Virus genome (UHGV): UHGV-0259383
Source: a virus
Length of the DNA: 38,016 nucleotides
Direction: 5' to 3' (one strand)
Shown here in pieces: positions 17,334 through 27,305 of the stretch. A program made the position numbers and the translations under genes. The first letter of the stretch is position 1, and each line of letters begins with the position of its first letter. The notes beneath the pieces are model-generated. The model did not search any database. It worked only from the letters and a program-made list of their open reading frames with translations, and had not been told where the DNA came from.

Positions 17334-18169
17334 ATTATTCTGGTTGGTCGGTTGATATCTTTGACAGTGACGCGAAGATTGACAAACTGTTGGATGCAAA
17401 AGGCTGGAAAGGATTTGGAATTTATTTTTTCCTTTGTCAGCGGGCATATAAGACAAACGGATACTTTTACGAATGGAGTTATGACGACTGTGCAACAACC
17501 GCGAGGAAGATGGGCGGCGGCATCAATTCCGGGACAGTGGAGGAAACTGTCAGGTTCTGTTTTCAAGTGGATCTTTTTAATCAAGGGTTATTTGACAGAT
17601 GGGGCATCATTACAAGCAGAGGTATCCAACGCCGTTTCTGGTCGGTTCTATCTGAACGGCGGAGCAAAACTGTATATGACGAATACTGGCTGTTGAAACC
17701 AGAAGAGTGCAACGGTCTTGTTAAAGTCAGCTTAAAATCCGATTTGCAACCGACAGATGAACATTTGCAACCGACAGATAGCCAAACGCTTTCAAGAAAG
17801 GAAAGTAAAGTAAAGAAAAGTAAAGGAAAGCAAAGTAAAGAAGGGAAAAGCGCTGCGGCCAAGCCGCCCGAACCGGACCGGCTGATCACTGAGTGTGGAT
17901 TCTCCCTGGATCTGGAAGAGGCGGTGAAGGACTGGGTGACCTATAAAGCGGAGAAACGCCAGGCTTATAAGGAAACTGGTTTCAAGAACCTGCTTTCCCA
18001 GATCAAAGGCAATGCGGAGCGGTATGGAGACTGGGCGGTTGCCCAGCTGATCCGGGAATGCATGGCCAGCAACTGGCAGGGGATCATTTTTGACCGTCTG
18101 CAGAAAGAAAAGAACAGTAACCGCTCCGGCACTGGAAACGGTAACGGGGTAGATTGGAGCAGGGTATGA
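17306..18169 (+). CDS. Replication initiator (DUF4373/Lin1244-like N-terminus)
   Basis: 'MAGRPKQGIDY', 'TSRGIQRR' and C-terminal 'NWQGI'. Contains internal repeats. Confidence 0.82.
   Translation: MAGRPKQGIDYSGWSVDIFDSDAKIDKLLDAKGWKGFGIYFFLCQRAYKTNGYFYEWSYDDCATTARKMGGGINSGTVEETVRFCFQVDLFNQGLFDRWGIITSRGIQRRFWSVLSERRSKTVYDEYWLLKPEECNGLVKVSLKSDLQPTDEHLQPTDSQTLSRKESKVKKSKGKQSKEGKSAAAKPPEPDRLITECGFSLDLEEAVKDWVTYKAEKRQAYKETGFKNLLSQIKGNAERYGDWAVAQLIRECMASNWQGIIFDRLQKEKNSNRSGTGNGNGVDWSRV
17742..17850 (+). repeat. Putative replication origin: two 17-bp iterons and a purine-rich tract
   Basis: ATTTGCAACCGACAGAT at 17742 and 17763, followed by AAAGN pentamer repeats. Confidence 0.65.
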
Positions 18170-18804
18170 CGAGAGACGAAGCGAAACATCTGGTGATGAT
18201 GGTATCGGCGGCTTATCCGAATTGGAAACCGCTAAACCTGACAGAAACGGTAGATACCTGGGCAGTAATGTTGGAAGAATTTGACCATGATGAGTGCTTG
18301 GCTGCTTTAAAATCTTATATTTTGACGGACACCTCTGGTTTTGCACCAGGAATTGGGCAGGTGATTGATCGGCTTCAGCGGAGAAGAGAGGGACGGGAAC
18401 TGGGAGAGTTAGATGCCTGGTCCATGGTCAGCAAAGCACTCCGGAATTCCACGTACCATGCTGAAGAAGAATTTGCCGCATTGCCTCCGGTGCTTCAGCG
18501 GACGGTGGGAAATCCAAGCAATCTGAAGGAGTGGGCGGGAATGGAGATGGACACGGTCAACAGTGTGATCCAGTCCCATGTGGTACGGAATTACCGGGCG
18601 GCAGTGAAATCCATGCGGGATGACGCTAAGATCCCGCCGGCTTTGATGGGACTGCTGCAGGACATGAGAAAAGAATCAGAGTGGGTAAAGATCCAGAAAC
18701 CACAGGAACAGCCAGCGCTTGGCAGCGAAAGCATGATTGAGAAAAAGACGCCGCCACCAGAGCGGACTCAGAGGCTGATCGATGAACTGTTACATAGAAC
18801 GTAA
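18166..18804 (+). CDS. Replicative helicase loader/inhibitor (G39P-like)
   Basis: 'MTRDE..L...AAYPN...W..ML....FAP.IG', following the initiator. Confidence 0.8.
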   Translation: MTRDEAKHLVMMVSAAYPNWKPLNLTETVDTWAVMLEEFDHDECLAALKSYILTDTSGFAPGIGQVIDRLQRRREGRELGELDAWSMVSKALRNSTYHAEEEFAALPPVLQRTVGNPSNLKEWAGMEMDTVNSVIQSHVVRNYRAAVKSMRDDAKIPPALMGLLQDMRKESEWVKIQKPQEQPALGSESMIEKKTPPPERTQRLIDELLHRT

Positions 18805-18822
18805 TAAGACAGGGGTGAGAAG

Positions 18823-20310
18823 ATGGAGAATGAGAACCAGAACGAGATTGTTGAAAGCCAGAATACAGAGATTGCGCCGGAGCAGAGGTACTACAACGGC
18901 CCGGTGACCCTTGAGGAAGCGGAGTCTTATATCACTTCCGGCCTGGTCAGTACGGCAAGAAATTATGTGGCCATCGGCTACTGGCTACGTCGGATCCGTG
19001 ACGGGAAATTGTACGAGGAAGAGGGACATCAGAATTTTGAGCAGTATGTGCATGAAAAATATGGCAAAGACAAGGGATGGGCGAGTAAGTGCATCAAGGT
19101 GAACCAGCAATTATCTAAGGACGGGGATTCCCCACTGCTGGACAGCCGGTACCGGGACTACAGCACCTATCAGCTGGTGGAACTGGCCTACATGACAGAA
19201 GAGCAGCGGGAGCAGGTAACGCCAGACCAGACCGTAAAGCAGCTCCAGGAGATCCGGAAACCGAAGGAAATCCCGTATTATGACATCGATGGACAGCAGG
19301 AAATGGAAAAGGATTATCCGGAAGTGATCCCGGTTGTAATGTCACAACTTTTTCCGGAGGAAGAGATTCCGAAACAGGAAGAGCAGGAACCGCCGGTGGT
19401 GGAACAGGCAGAGGTTTCCCAGTATTTCGAGATAGAGAAGGAAGAGGAGACGTCTGCTGCCGATGAGCCAGAAAATGCTGCCGAAAAGCAGCGGACCGGA
19501 AACTGCCTGTATGCCCCGAACCATTTGTGTACGCTTTCAGAAGAGGCAAAGCGAAGTCCTGGGATTGGAGAAGATTGTACCAACCATTGCTGTTTCGGAT
19601 GTGTGAGACATGGGGACTGTAAGATGGAATGCACAGTGTCAGCAGATCATTCAGAATTGCAAAATGTACTGGAAAACGATGTAGAAAAGCAGCAGGGAAA
19701 AGATCGGATAAAACCAGAAGAGAAGCAGGTAGATGTGAATTCAGAGGATTGCGAGGAAAGTGATGATGCATCATCGGCTGAGATAACAGATCTGCAACTT
19801 TTGAGAGATATGCTGGAAAGAAAGAAGCGATTACTGGCTACAAACCTTGCAATTTCTGGGATTGATGAATCGGACGAGCACATCCGGATGCAGAAGTTGG
19901 AAGTATCTGCGCTGGCGTCAGCGGTATGTGATCTGGAGAATCTCATCGAGCCGGAGGAGACTGTTGATGAGAAACCGGAGCAGCCGGAACTTCCTTACTT
20001 GCGAAACAATGATCAGAGGGCTGCTTTTATTGACGCTTATGAGTCCTGGCCGTTATGGATCGAGACAAAAGAAACCGGAGAACGGTATTATCGGTATGAT
20101 TTGCCAGATGGAACCAGCTTTGTGGTGAAAACATACCACTCGATGCTGTATGACTATAAAGCAGGAGTTGGGATGCGATACAAAGAGGGATATGGAGCAA
20201 ACGAACAGTATATTTTGGAACCCGGAAAGTTCTTCCGGGACTGCCAGAGTAACCGGTCATCCATGATCGAAAAATTAAAAGAACTGCAGAAAAGGGAGAA
20301 AGAATCATGA
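18823..20310 (+). CDS. Large hypothetical protein (acidic linker, Cys-rich central segment)
   Basis: 495-aa ORF. Function unclear. Confidence 0.7.
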   Translation: MENENQNEIVESQNTEIAPEQRYYNGPVTLEEAESYITSGLVSTARNYVAIGYWLRRIRDGKLYEEEGHQNFEQYVHEKYGKDKGWASKCIKVNQQLSKDGDSPLLDSRYRDYSTYQLVELAYMTEEQREQVTPDQTVKQLQEIRKPKEIPYYDIDGQQEMEKDYPEVIPVVMSQLFPEEEIPKQEEQEPPVVEQAEVSQYFEIEKEEETSAADEPENAAEKQRTGNCLYAPNHLCTLSEEAKRSPGIGEDCTNHCCFGCVRHGDCKMECTVSADHSELQNVLENDVEKQQGKDRIKPEEKQVDVNSEDCEESDDASSAEITDLQLLRDMLERKKRLLATNLAISGIDESDEHIRMQKLEVSALASAVCDLENLIEPEETVDEKPEQPELPYLRNNDQRAAFIDAYESWPLWIETKETGERYYRYDLPDGTSFVVKTYHSMLYDYKAGVGMRYKEGYGANEQYILEPGKFFRDCQSNRSSMIEKLKELQKREKES

Positions 20311-20588
20311 TAGGGTTGGGAGTAAAGAATCCGATCCGGGAAAAGGAACTTCAGCGATTGAAGAATTCTATCAAGATCGGTGACAGGATCAACGTCAAAA
20401 CCTTGAAAGTCAGCCAGGGCAGACACGCATCTGGCGCTACCAGTGCTATGGCAGTGGTGAGAGGAACCGTGGTAGCGAAGTATCCACATCTGGTGCTGGT
20501 GGTGCTTTCAAGTGGCTTAATGGAAAGTGCGACATGGGCGGAGCTGGCGGTGCAGAAGAGAGAAAAAAGCCAGAGTGGCAGGAGGTAA
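20307..20588 (+). CDS. Hypothetical protein
   Basis: ATGA overlap. 'VVAKYPHLVLV'. Confidence 0.65.
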   Translation: MIGLGVKNPIREKELQRLKNSIKIGDRINVKTLKVSQGRHASGATSAMAVVRGTVVAKYPHLVLVVLSSGLMESATWAELAVQKREKSQSGRR

Positions 20589-20591
20589 CGC

Positions 20592-21164
20592 ATGGAAAGA
20601 TTGATACAATTCGGTGATCAAGGAAACTGGTGTTTGAAGGGGGTGAGGTGGGAACAACTTCAGGCGGGTCATATGATTACTTTAGATGTGGCAGAAAAGC
20701 TGTACGATGCGCTGAACAAGCTGAAGGATTATGAAGCAACTGATGAGATATATAAGCTGATGAAAAAACTGGTTCAAAATTATGAGGAGACAAACAAGAT
20801 TGCTATCGAAGATTTTGAATCAAGACGAAAGTGGATATCAGTTGATGAAAGACTTCCAAGGGATAGTAAATGGGTATTAGTAACCGTGAAATGTCATCGC
20901 TGGATTAGTGATTATGATGCAAAAAATATGCCAGAGGACGAAAAGATAGATCATCCAGAGAAAGTCTACTGCACCTTAGGCATGTATAAAAAGGATGGTG
21001 GCTGGAAATATATTGATCTGGAAATGGACGATGATGAACCTACCGCATACTTTGAAAATGATTGCAGGGTAGAGGATTTAAGCTATCCGATGACGGAGGT
21101 GATTGCCTGGAAATTGATGCCAGGAATATACAGAGAGGAGACTGAGGATGAAGAGACAGATTAA
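20592..21164 (+). CDS. DUF551-like protein
   Basis: 'WISVDERLP...VLVT...VIAW..MP'. Confidence 0.75.
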   Translation: MERLIQFGDQGNWCLKGVRWEQLQAGHMITLDVAEKLYDALNKLKDYEATDEIYKLMKKLVQNYEETNKIAIEDFESRRKWISVDERLPRDSKWVLVTVKCHRWISDYDAKNMPEDEKIDHPEKVYCTLGMYKKDGGWKYIDLEMDDDEPTAYFENDCRVEDLSYPMTEVIAWKLMPGIYREETEDEETD

Positions 21165-21387
21165 TTTTGAAACAGCTATGGAACTGGCGAAGAGAGGCAA
21201 GGAAGTATTTACATTAATGCCTACAGACGGCAGTGACTCATGGGTGTTAATGGAGCCTGGAACACTGCAGGAGATGTTAGAGGGTGTCCTGTTCTTTGAG
21301 GAGACGGACGAACCGATCCCGGCAAAAATTGAAGTAGATAATAGTACACTGGAATGGCTTCAGAAAAGGTTTGAGGTAGCTAAGTAG
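21148..21387 (+). CDS. Hypothetical protein
   Basis: RBS and overlap with the upstream gene. Confidence 0.65.
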   Translation: MKRQINFETAMELAKRGKEVFTLMPTDGSDSWVLMEPGTLQEMLEGVLFFEETDEPIPAKIEVDNSTLEWLQKRFEVAK

Positions 21388-21411
21388 AGTCAAATTAAAA
21401 TTATTAGGGAG

Positions 21412-21879
21412 TTGGAGGTGAGACCAGTGGACAAGGATGTTCTCGTCCAATATCGCGAGATGAAAAAAGAGGTCAAAGATTTAAGGAGGAGAATCGAAAA
21501 GTTGAATCGGTTCCTGGCTGATCCACCGATCGTTTCCGACACGGTGAAAGGAACCAGGAAAGACGGAACCATTGGTCCGATCAAAGTCACCGGCATTCCA
21601 GATCCGGAGATTTCGCGGAAGCAGAGAGCCAGGGAGCGATACAGAAAGTTGCTAGAGGCGAAGGAGGCGGAGCTGCTGGAACTGATAGGGCAGGCAGAGG
21701 AGTACATAGGCAGTATTAAGAAATCGGAGATACGAATCATGCTGCGGTTGTATTGTATCGATGGGTTATCCTATATTGCAGTAGCCAGAAAGATGAATAG
21801 TATGTTCCCGGGAAGAAGGATCAAGTATACGGATGAAAACGTAAGAAAGAGAATTCAACGATTTTTTGAGAAAAATTAA
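21412..21879 (+). CDS. Late transcriptional activator (RinA/ArpU-like); start may be GTG21427
   Basis: Last early gene. C-terminal sigma4-like HTH 'IRIMLRLYCIDGLSY..VA'. Confidence 0.75.
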   Translation: MEVRPVDKDVLVQYREMKKEVKDLRRRIEKLNRFLADPPIVSDTVKGTRKDGTIGPIKVTGIPDPEISRKQRARERYRKLLEAKEAELLELIGQAEEYIGSIKKSEIRIMLRLYCIDGLSYIAVARKMNSMFPGRRIKYTDENVRKRIQRFFEKN

Positions 21880-21880
21880 A

Positions 21881-21925
21881 AATGTCCCACAATGTCCGGT
21901 TTTAAAATGGTAATATGTTATTATG
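21881..21925 (+). promoter_or_regulatory. Putative late promoter with activator-binding repeats
   Basis: AATGTCC direct repeat at 21881 and 21891 (10-bp period) immediately after the activator gene. AT-rich -10-like region with no -35. Confidence 0.6.
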
Positions 21926-22004
21926 CGATACGCAGATATGGTTATCTGATAAAAATCTCCTTACAAAGACGGCGGGTCAGCAGAAGCCCGCCGCCAACCC
22001 CTTT

Positions 22005-22078
22005 CGGAACGTAGCTCAGTCGGTCAGAGCAGCTGGCTTATATCCAGTGTGGCGGGGGTTCGAGTCCTTCCGTTCCGA
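22005..22078 (+). tRNA. tRNA-Ile(UAU)
   Basis: Cloverleaf: CGGAACG/CGTTCCG, GCTC/GAGC, GCTGG-CTTATAT-CCAGT, GGGGG-TTCGAGT-CCTTC. CCA not encoded. Confidence 0.88.
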
Positions 22079-22124
22079 TTTGCCTGGTTTAAGGGTTCTC
22101 CACCCGGACGTTCCAGGTAAAAAC

Positions 22125-22195
22125 AAGACATTTCCCAAGATGGTAGGGAACGTGAGCTGTAAAAGCGAGCCGCAGGTTCGAATCCTGGTGTCTTT
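22125..22195 (+). pseudogene. Degenerate tRNA-Tyr(GUA)-like element
   Basis: Acceptor-like AAGACAT/GTGTCTT, D arm, loop CTGTAAA and T arm CAGG-TTCGAAT-CCTG. The anticodon stem does not pair. Confidence 0.6.
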
Positions 22196-22227
22196 CTTAT
22201 TTTCAGATACATGAAAACCTCCTGACA

Positions 22228-22258
22228 GAGATTCCTGCAGAAATGTGGGGATCTTTTT
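22228..22258 (+). terminator. Terminator after the tRNA cluster
   Basis: AGATTCCTGCA-GAAA-TGTGGGGATCT then T-run. Confidence 0.65.
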
Positions 22259-22410
22259 AGGTAAAAAAATAAAAATTACTAAAAATCAATACAAAAACTA
22301 TCTAAAATGTCAATGGAAAAATTGTGCAATTTGTCATATACTTATTATAAATAAAGAGTTTGAAGAATAGTAATCAACAATTTGCTCTATTTATACTAAG
22401 AGGTGGTCAT

Positions 22411-22887
22411 ATGTATAATGTTATGGATGTTGCACGGTTTGTTGTAAATTATTCCATAGATATAGGAAAACCAGTTAGCAATTTAAAATTACAAAAATTA
22501 CTTTATTATATTCAAGCTGCATTTATAAAACAAACGGGAGAACCATGTTATGGAGAACCAATTATGCATTGGAGACACGGCCCGGTTGTTGAAGATGTGT
22601 ATCAAAAATACAAGGTGTATGGTGCGGAGAATATTACTGATAAAGAATTGGAATATTATTTTGTATATTTTGATATAGATGATATGATGTTTAAGGGAGA
22701 GTGGAAAAAATATGATGAAAATATTTTTTCAGTTAGTGATTTGTGGAGGATGAAAGCGGTTATTGATAAATATCAAGAAACATCTCCTTGGGAAATGGTT
22801 GAATTGACGCATAAAGAAGAGCCGTGGAAAAAGACTGAAATAAACTGTGAAATTACGCTTGATTTATTAAAACAATATTACTGTTAA
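22411..22887 (+). CDS. Panacea (DUF4065/GepA/SocA) antitoxin
   Basis: 'SNLKLQKLLYY', 'W.HGPVV..VY' and 'ELTH.E.PW'. GAGGTG RBS before ATG22411. Confidence 0.9.
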   Translation: MYNVMDVARFVVNYSIDIGKPVSNLKLQKLLYYIQAAFIKQTGEPCYGEPIMHWRHGPVVEDVYQKYKVYGAENITDKELEYYFVYFDIDDMMFKGEWKKYDENIFSVSDLWRMKAVIDKYQETSPWEMVELTHKEEPWKKTEINCEITLDLLKQYYC

Positions 22888-23745
22888 ATGGGGAATTCAA
22901 ATTTGAAAACATTGTTACATACGATAAGCGAAGCTGAATTGAAAAATTTGCAACAGTTGGATGATTTGTGTGATACAGTAAAAGAATATTATGCAAACAA
23001 TGAAAGGCATAAGTATTCGGAAATATCTGCATATTTAATGGAAAATGCTGATGTGGATTATCTGTTGGAAAATTTGAGGCGAATCCAGGAGCGTTTTAAT
23101 GAAAAACCTGAAGATGCGGTAACCGCTAAAAAGGTATTTAAGTTAATTGATCATATTACGTTGGAGTTAAACAGAACGAAATATAATGCAAAAAGTTTTG
23201 AACATATACAAATTAAGTCTATGAATGCTGCGTTAGCAAGTGCTTCTCAAAAAATACAAGAAGTGACAGACGTGTTGAGAAGGGAGCAATCGGAAAAGTT
23301 AGATGAGGAAATTAAGTCTTTTACAGATGAAACACATGAGCTAAAGAACAAAATTGAAGATTCATATACACAATTTGTTTCTATTTTGGGCATTTTTTCG
23401 GCGATAGTGTTGGTATTTTTTGGCGGTATGACTGCATTCAGCTCAATATTTGCTAATATGCAAAATATTAACCGTTTTAAATTGGTTTTTGTTACTTGCG
23501 TAGTTGGCGAAATAGTATTTAATCTAATTTTTATGTTTTTGTACATATTAGCTAAGTTATTAGGAAGAGAAATCGTTGCGTCAACAGCAGTAAATCCATC
23601 TGGAAAATATGTATTTACTAAATGGATAAAGAGAATTTGGGTTAGATATCCATATATTTTATTATTCAATATAATCATGTTTTTGATGATGATGGGAAGT
23701 TATGTTAGCTGGTACTTGGTGAACTATTGCGGATGGAGATTGTGA
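22888..23745 (+). CDS. Coiled-coil plus three-TM membrane protein, putative Panacea-associated toxin
   Basis: Starts at the base after the antitoxin stop. AT-rich. Hydrophobic helices include 'FVSILGIFSAIVLVFFGG'. Confidence 0.75.
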   Translation: MGNSNLKTLLHTISEAELKNLQQLDDLCDTVKEYYANNERHKYSEISAYLMENADVDYLLENLRRIQERFNEKPEDAVTAKKVFKLIDHITLELNRTKYNAKSFEHIQIKSMNAALASASQKIQEVTDVLRREQSEKLDEEIKSFTDETHELKNKIEDSYTQFVSILGIFSAIVLVFFGGMTAFSSIFANMQNINRFKLVFVTCVVGEIVFNLIFMFLYILAKLLGREIVASTAVNPSGKYVFTKWIKRIWVRYPYILLFNIIMFLMMMGSYVSWYLVNYCGWRL

Positions 23746-23760
23746 TAGGAATATATTTTA

Positions 23761-23793
23761 AGAAAAGAGCGTTATTTTTGACGCTCTTTTCTT
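23761..23793. terminator. Bidirectional terminator closing the moron
   Basis: AGAAAAGAGCGT...ACGCTCTTTTCT inverted repeat. Confidence 0.75.
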
Positions 23794-23827
23794 ATACCCT
23801 AAAAACCGACGAATGCGAGGTGATATC

Positions 23828-24577
23828 ATGGCCAGAGCGCCGGATCCGAGAATTGAAAAGGCGAAGGCCATGTACCTTCAAGGTGCAAAGTTAGTTGAGA
23901 TTGCAAGTCAACTAAATCTGCCGGAGGGAACGGTCCGCCGCTGGAAATCCACTCATAGGTGGGAAAGCGAACGTTCGGATAAGAAAAGCGAACGTTCGAA
24001 AAAAAGAAAGCGTGGCGCTCAGCCAGGGAACAAGAACAGTTCCGGTGGGCCACCGGGAAATAAGAAAGCAGTTACTACGGGAGAGTTTGAGACTCTCCTT
24101 TTTGATTGCCTGGATCCGGAGGAGCAACGCCTGACACAGACAGTTCCGGAGGACAAGCAGAAACTCCTCATGCAGGAGATCCAGTTGCTTACAGTCAGGG
24201 AGCGTCGGATGCTAAAACGGATTGATCTGTTGCGGAAGTCCTTGGATGATTCCGGAGTAGCGTCCTGTGATGAAACTGGTATGACTGCGGTAGGACACCG
24301 GAAAGGAATCGAGAAAGACAAAGAAACAGATCTTCTGGAATATCGCGGGAAGCTGGGGCAGATCCAGAACATCGAGGATGCCTTGACCCGCGTCCAGGCG
24401 AGAAAACAGGCGGCTATTGATGCATTGCATCGGTATGGTGTGGATGATGCCAGACTGGAGATTGAGATGAAAAGGCTTGATCTGGCAGAAATGAAGCTGA
24501 CAGGACAAGGCCAGGAAATTGAAGATCTGGAAGAGATAGAGGGTGAGATCTATGGCAGTGGCGAAGAGAACCTCTAA
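23828..24577 (+). CDS. terS: Terminase small subunit
   Basis: N-terminal HTH 'GTVRRWKS' and 'GAQPGNKN'. Precedes terL. Confidence 0.88.
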   Translation: MARAPDPRIEKAKAMYLQGAKLVEIASQLNLPEGTVRRWKSTHRWESERSDKKSERSKKRKRGAQPGNKNSSGGPPGNKKAVTTGEFETLLFDCLDPEEQRLTQTVPEDKQKLLMQEIQLLTVRERRMLKRIDLLRKSLDDSGVASCDETGMTAVGHRKGIEKDKETDLLEYRGKLGQIQNIEDALTRVQARKQAAIDALHRYGVDDARLEIEMKRLDLAEMKLTGQGQEIEDLEEIEGEIYGSGEENL

Positions 24578-25931
24578 GAAGAAAACCCTGGAGTTCCGTT
24601 TTTCAGAGAAGCATAAGGCATACATTCGGGCATGTGAAAAATGTTCATACAATGTGGCTGAAGGTGCGGTACGTGCCGGAAAGACAGTAGACAATGTATT
24701 TGCCTTTGCCCATGAATTGAAAACCACACCGGATATGATTCATCTGGCAACTGGATCCACGATGGCTAATGCGAAGTTGAACATTGGCGTCTGCAATGGC
24801 CTGGGATTGGAGTTCATATTTCGCGGTCAGTGCCATTGGGGAAAGTACAAAGGCAATGAAGCGCTGTTTATCAAAGGTCCATCAACGGGCGGAAAAGAAA
24901 GAATTGTTATCTTTGCGGGTGGTGCCAAAGAAGACAGCTATAAGAAGATACGAGGAAATTCCTACGGCATGTGGATCGCAACAGAGATTAACCTGCATCA
25001 TGATAATACCATAAAGGAAGCATTCAACCGCCAGTTAGCGGCAAAACGTTTGAAAATATTCTGGGATCTCAACCCAGACAATCCACGAGCGCCGATTTAC
25101 ACGCAGTACATTGACCGATACCAGAAGCAGCAGGAGGCAGGAGAGTTTCTGGGCGGGTACAATTATATGCACTGTACCATCTATGACAACATCAATATCA
25201 GCAAGGAACGTCTTCGCGAGATTGAAAGCCGGTATGATAAAAATTCCATCTGGTATCTTCGGGACATTAAGGGCGTGAGGGTGATCGCTACTGGCTTGAT
25301 TTACCGCCGTTTTGCAGATGCCATTCATGCTAAGCTTGGAACTTTCTGCTTGCAGGGAAAGCCAACGGACCTTATGGAAATCAATCTTGGTATTGACTTT
25401 GGCGGCAGTGGATCCGGACATTCTTTCACGGCCACGGCAATCACCAGAGGATATCATAATGTGATCGCCCTCGCATCTGAATGGATTGGATGCAAGGATG
25501 AAGCTGGAAATCAGATCGAGATTGATCCGGAGATGCTGGGGACGATGTTCTGCAATTTTGTTCGGCGGATTCTTGGCAGATATGGGTATGTAACCGTGGT
25601 GAACGCAGATAGCGCAGAACAGACGCTGATCGCGGGAATCCGGAGCAGTTTGCGGAAGAATGGTCTTAGCTGGGTCCGGGTTGAAAATGCCCTAAAAGCG
25701 CCGATCAATGACCGGATCAATGCAGTGATGATCTTAATGGCGCAGGGACGTTTCTTTTACATGGATGGAGAATGTGACAGCCTGGTGAATGCGCTGTGTA
25801 CGGCGGTATGGGATCCAAAAGAATTGACGAAGAACGTCCGGTTGGATGATGGAACCAGTGATATAGATTCTCTTGATAGTTTTGAATACACGATAGAGCG
25901 GCGAATGGGCCAGCTTATTAAGTATGGGTGA
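24552..25931 (+). CDS. terL: Terminase large subunit (PBSX-like)
   Basis: Walker A 'EGAVRAGKT', 'DLNPD' and nuclease motif 'GIDFG'. Confidence 0.93.
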   Translation: MAVAKRTSKKKTLEFRFSEKHKAYIRACEKCSYNVAEGAVRAGKTVDNVFAFAHELKTTPDMIHLATGSTMANAKLNIGVCNGLGLEFIFRGQCHWGKYKGNEALFIKGPSTGGKERIVIFAGGAKEDSYKKIRGNSYGMWIATEINLHHDNTIKEAFNRQLAAKRLKIFWDLNPDNPRAPIYTQYIDRYQKQQEAGEFLGGYNYMHCTIYDNINISKERLREIESRYDKNSIWYLRDIKGVRVIATGLIYRRFADAIHAKLGTFCLQGKPTDLMEINLGIDFGGSGSGHSFTATAITRGYHNVIALASEWIGCKDEAGNQIEIDPEMLGTMFCNFVRRILGRYGYVTVVNADSAEQTLIAGIRSSLRKNGLSWVRVENALKAPINDRINAVMILMAQGRFFYMDGECDSLVNALCTAVWDPKELTKNVRLDDGTSDIDSLDSFEYTIERRMGQLIKYG

Positions 25932-25937
25932 TGATAT

Positions 25938-27305
25938 ATGAATTATACGAAAATGTATGAAGCGTTGCGGAAAGTCCTTGGAAATGAACAGATTGATTTC
26001 GCTATGAGTGGCCGGAGCAGTGCTTTCATTGAGTTGTGGTCTGGGATGTATGAGGGAAGGGCACCGTGGTTGAATGCGACAACGGATAGTGCTAATATTC
26101 CTGCAGCAGTAGCGGGGGAAGTTGCAAGACTGACAACTTTGGAGATGCAGAGTAAGATTGATGGAAGTCCAAGGGCAGAATACTTGAATAAAATTTATGA
26201 AAATGTCCTGGAAAAGCTGCGTGTACAGACAGAATACGCATTTGCAAAGGGAAGTATGGTGTTCAAGCCATATGTGTCTGACACAGGAATTGCAATCCAA
26301 TATATACAGGCGGATAGTTTCTTCCCGCTGGATTTTGATTCTGCGAAAATGACACGCTGCGCATTTCTGGATCAATTTCGGAAAGGTAATGAGATTTATA
26401 GCCGGATTGAGTTATATAACTTGCAAGGGGATACGCTGACCATTAAAAACAGGGTATTTGTAGCAAGAACGGAAGGAACACTTGGAACGGAGGTGGCTAT
26501 TGAAAGTGTTTCAAGATGGTCGGAATTAGCAGCAGAAATGCAATTTTCTGGTGTTAATAAGCTGCCGATTGGATATTTTGCGGTACCATTGGGAAATAAC
26601 AGAGATTCTGGCAGTCCATTAGGGGTGTCTGTTTATTCAAGGGCGGTTGAACAGATTCAAGATGCGGATCGCCGGTATTCACAAATTAATTGGGAGTATG
26701 ACAGTAAAGAGACTGCGGTGCATATTGCTCAAAGCCTGTTAAAGTATAATGCCAAAAATGATTCGTTTGAGTATCCGGGTGGAAAAAAACGATTGTACAG
26801 AGCGGTTGAATATAGTGCAGGCGTGCAAGATAAACCGCTTTTGGATGTGTTCTCACCAGCAATTCGGGATACGTCATATTACAATGGGTGGAATCAGCAG
26901 ATGCGCTTGATTGAATTTCGATGCAATCTGGCTTATGGTACGCTATCCGACCCGAATAACACAGACAAGACAGCGGAAGAGATTAAGGCCAGCAAACAGA
27001 GATCTTATGATTTTATTTCTGACTGCCAGGGAGCTTTGCAGACGGCGTTGACGGATCTGGTGGAAGCGATTGCGTTCTGGTGCGATATTTATGGTTTATG
27101 CCCATCTGGTGAGTATCATCTATCATTTGAGTGGGATGATTCCATCGTGGTTGATGCTGCAACTGAACGGGAAAATGACCGGGCAGATGTGGCAATGGGG
27201 GCAATGGGGCTTCATGAATACCGGATGAAGTGGTATGGAGAAACCGAGGAAGAAGCCAGGGAGGCGATTAGTAAAATCAGTAGCACAGGGGAAGTGATTG
27301 AGTGA
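25938..27305 (+). CDS. Portal protein (SPP1/A118-like)
   Basis: 'SPLGVSVY', 'KTAEEI' and 'WDDSI'. Follows terL. Confidence 0.9.
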   Translation: MNYTKMYEALRKVLGNEQIDFAMSGRSSAFIELWSGMYEGRAPWLNATTDSANIPAAVAGEVARLTTLEMQSKIDGSPRAEYLNKIYENVLEKLRVQTEYAFAKGSMVFKPYVSDTGIAIQYIQADSFFPLDFDSAKMTRCAFLDQFRKGNEIYSRIELYNLQGDTLTIKNRVFVARTEGTLGTEVAIESVSRWSELAAEMQFSGVNKLPIGYFAVPLGNNRDSGSPLGVSVYSRAVEQIQDADRRYSQINWEYDSKETAVHIAQSLLKYNAKNDSFEYPGGKKRLYRAVEYSAGVQDKPLLDVFSPAIRDTSYYNGWNQQMRLIEFRCNLAYGTLSDPNNTDKTAEEIKASKQRSYDFISDCQGALQTALTDLVEAIAFWCDIYGLCPSGEYHLSFEWDDSIVVDAATERENDRADVAMGAMGLHEYRMKWYGETEEEAREAISKISSTGEVIE

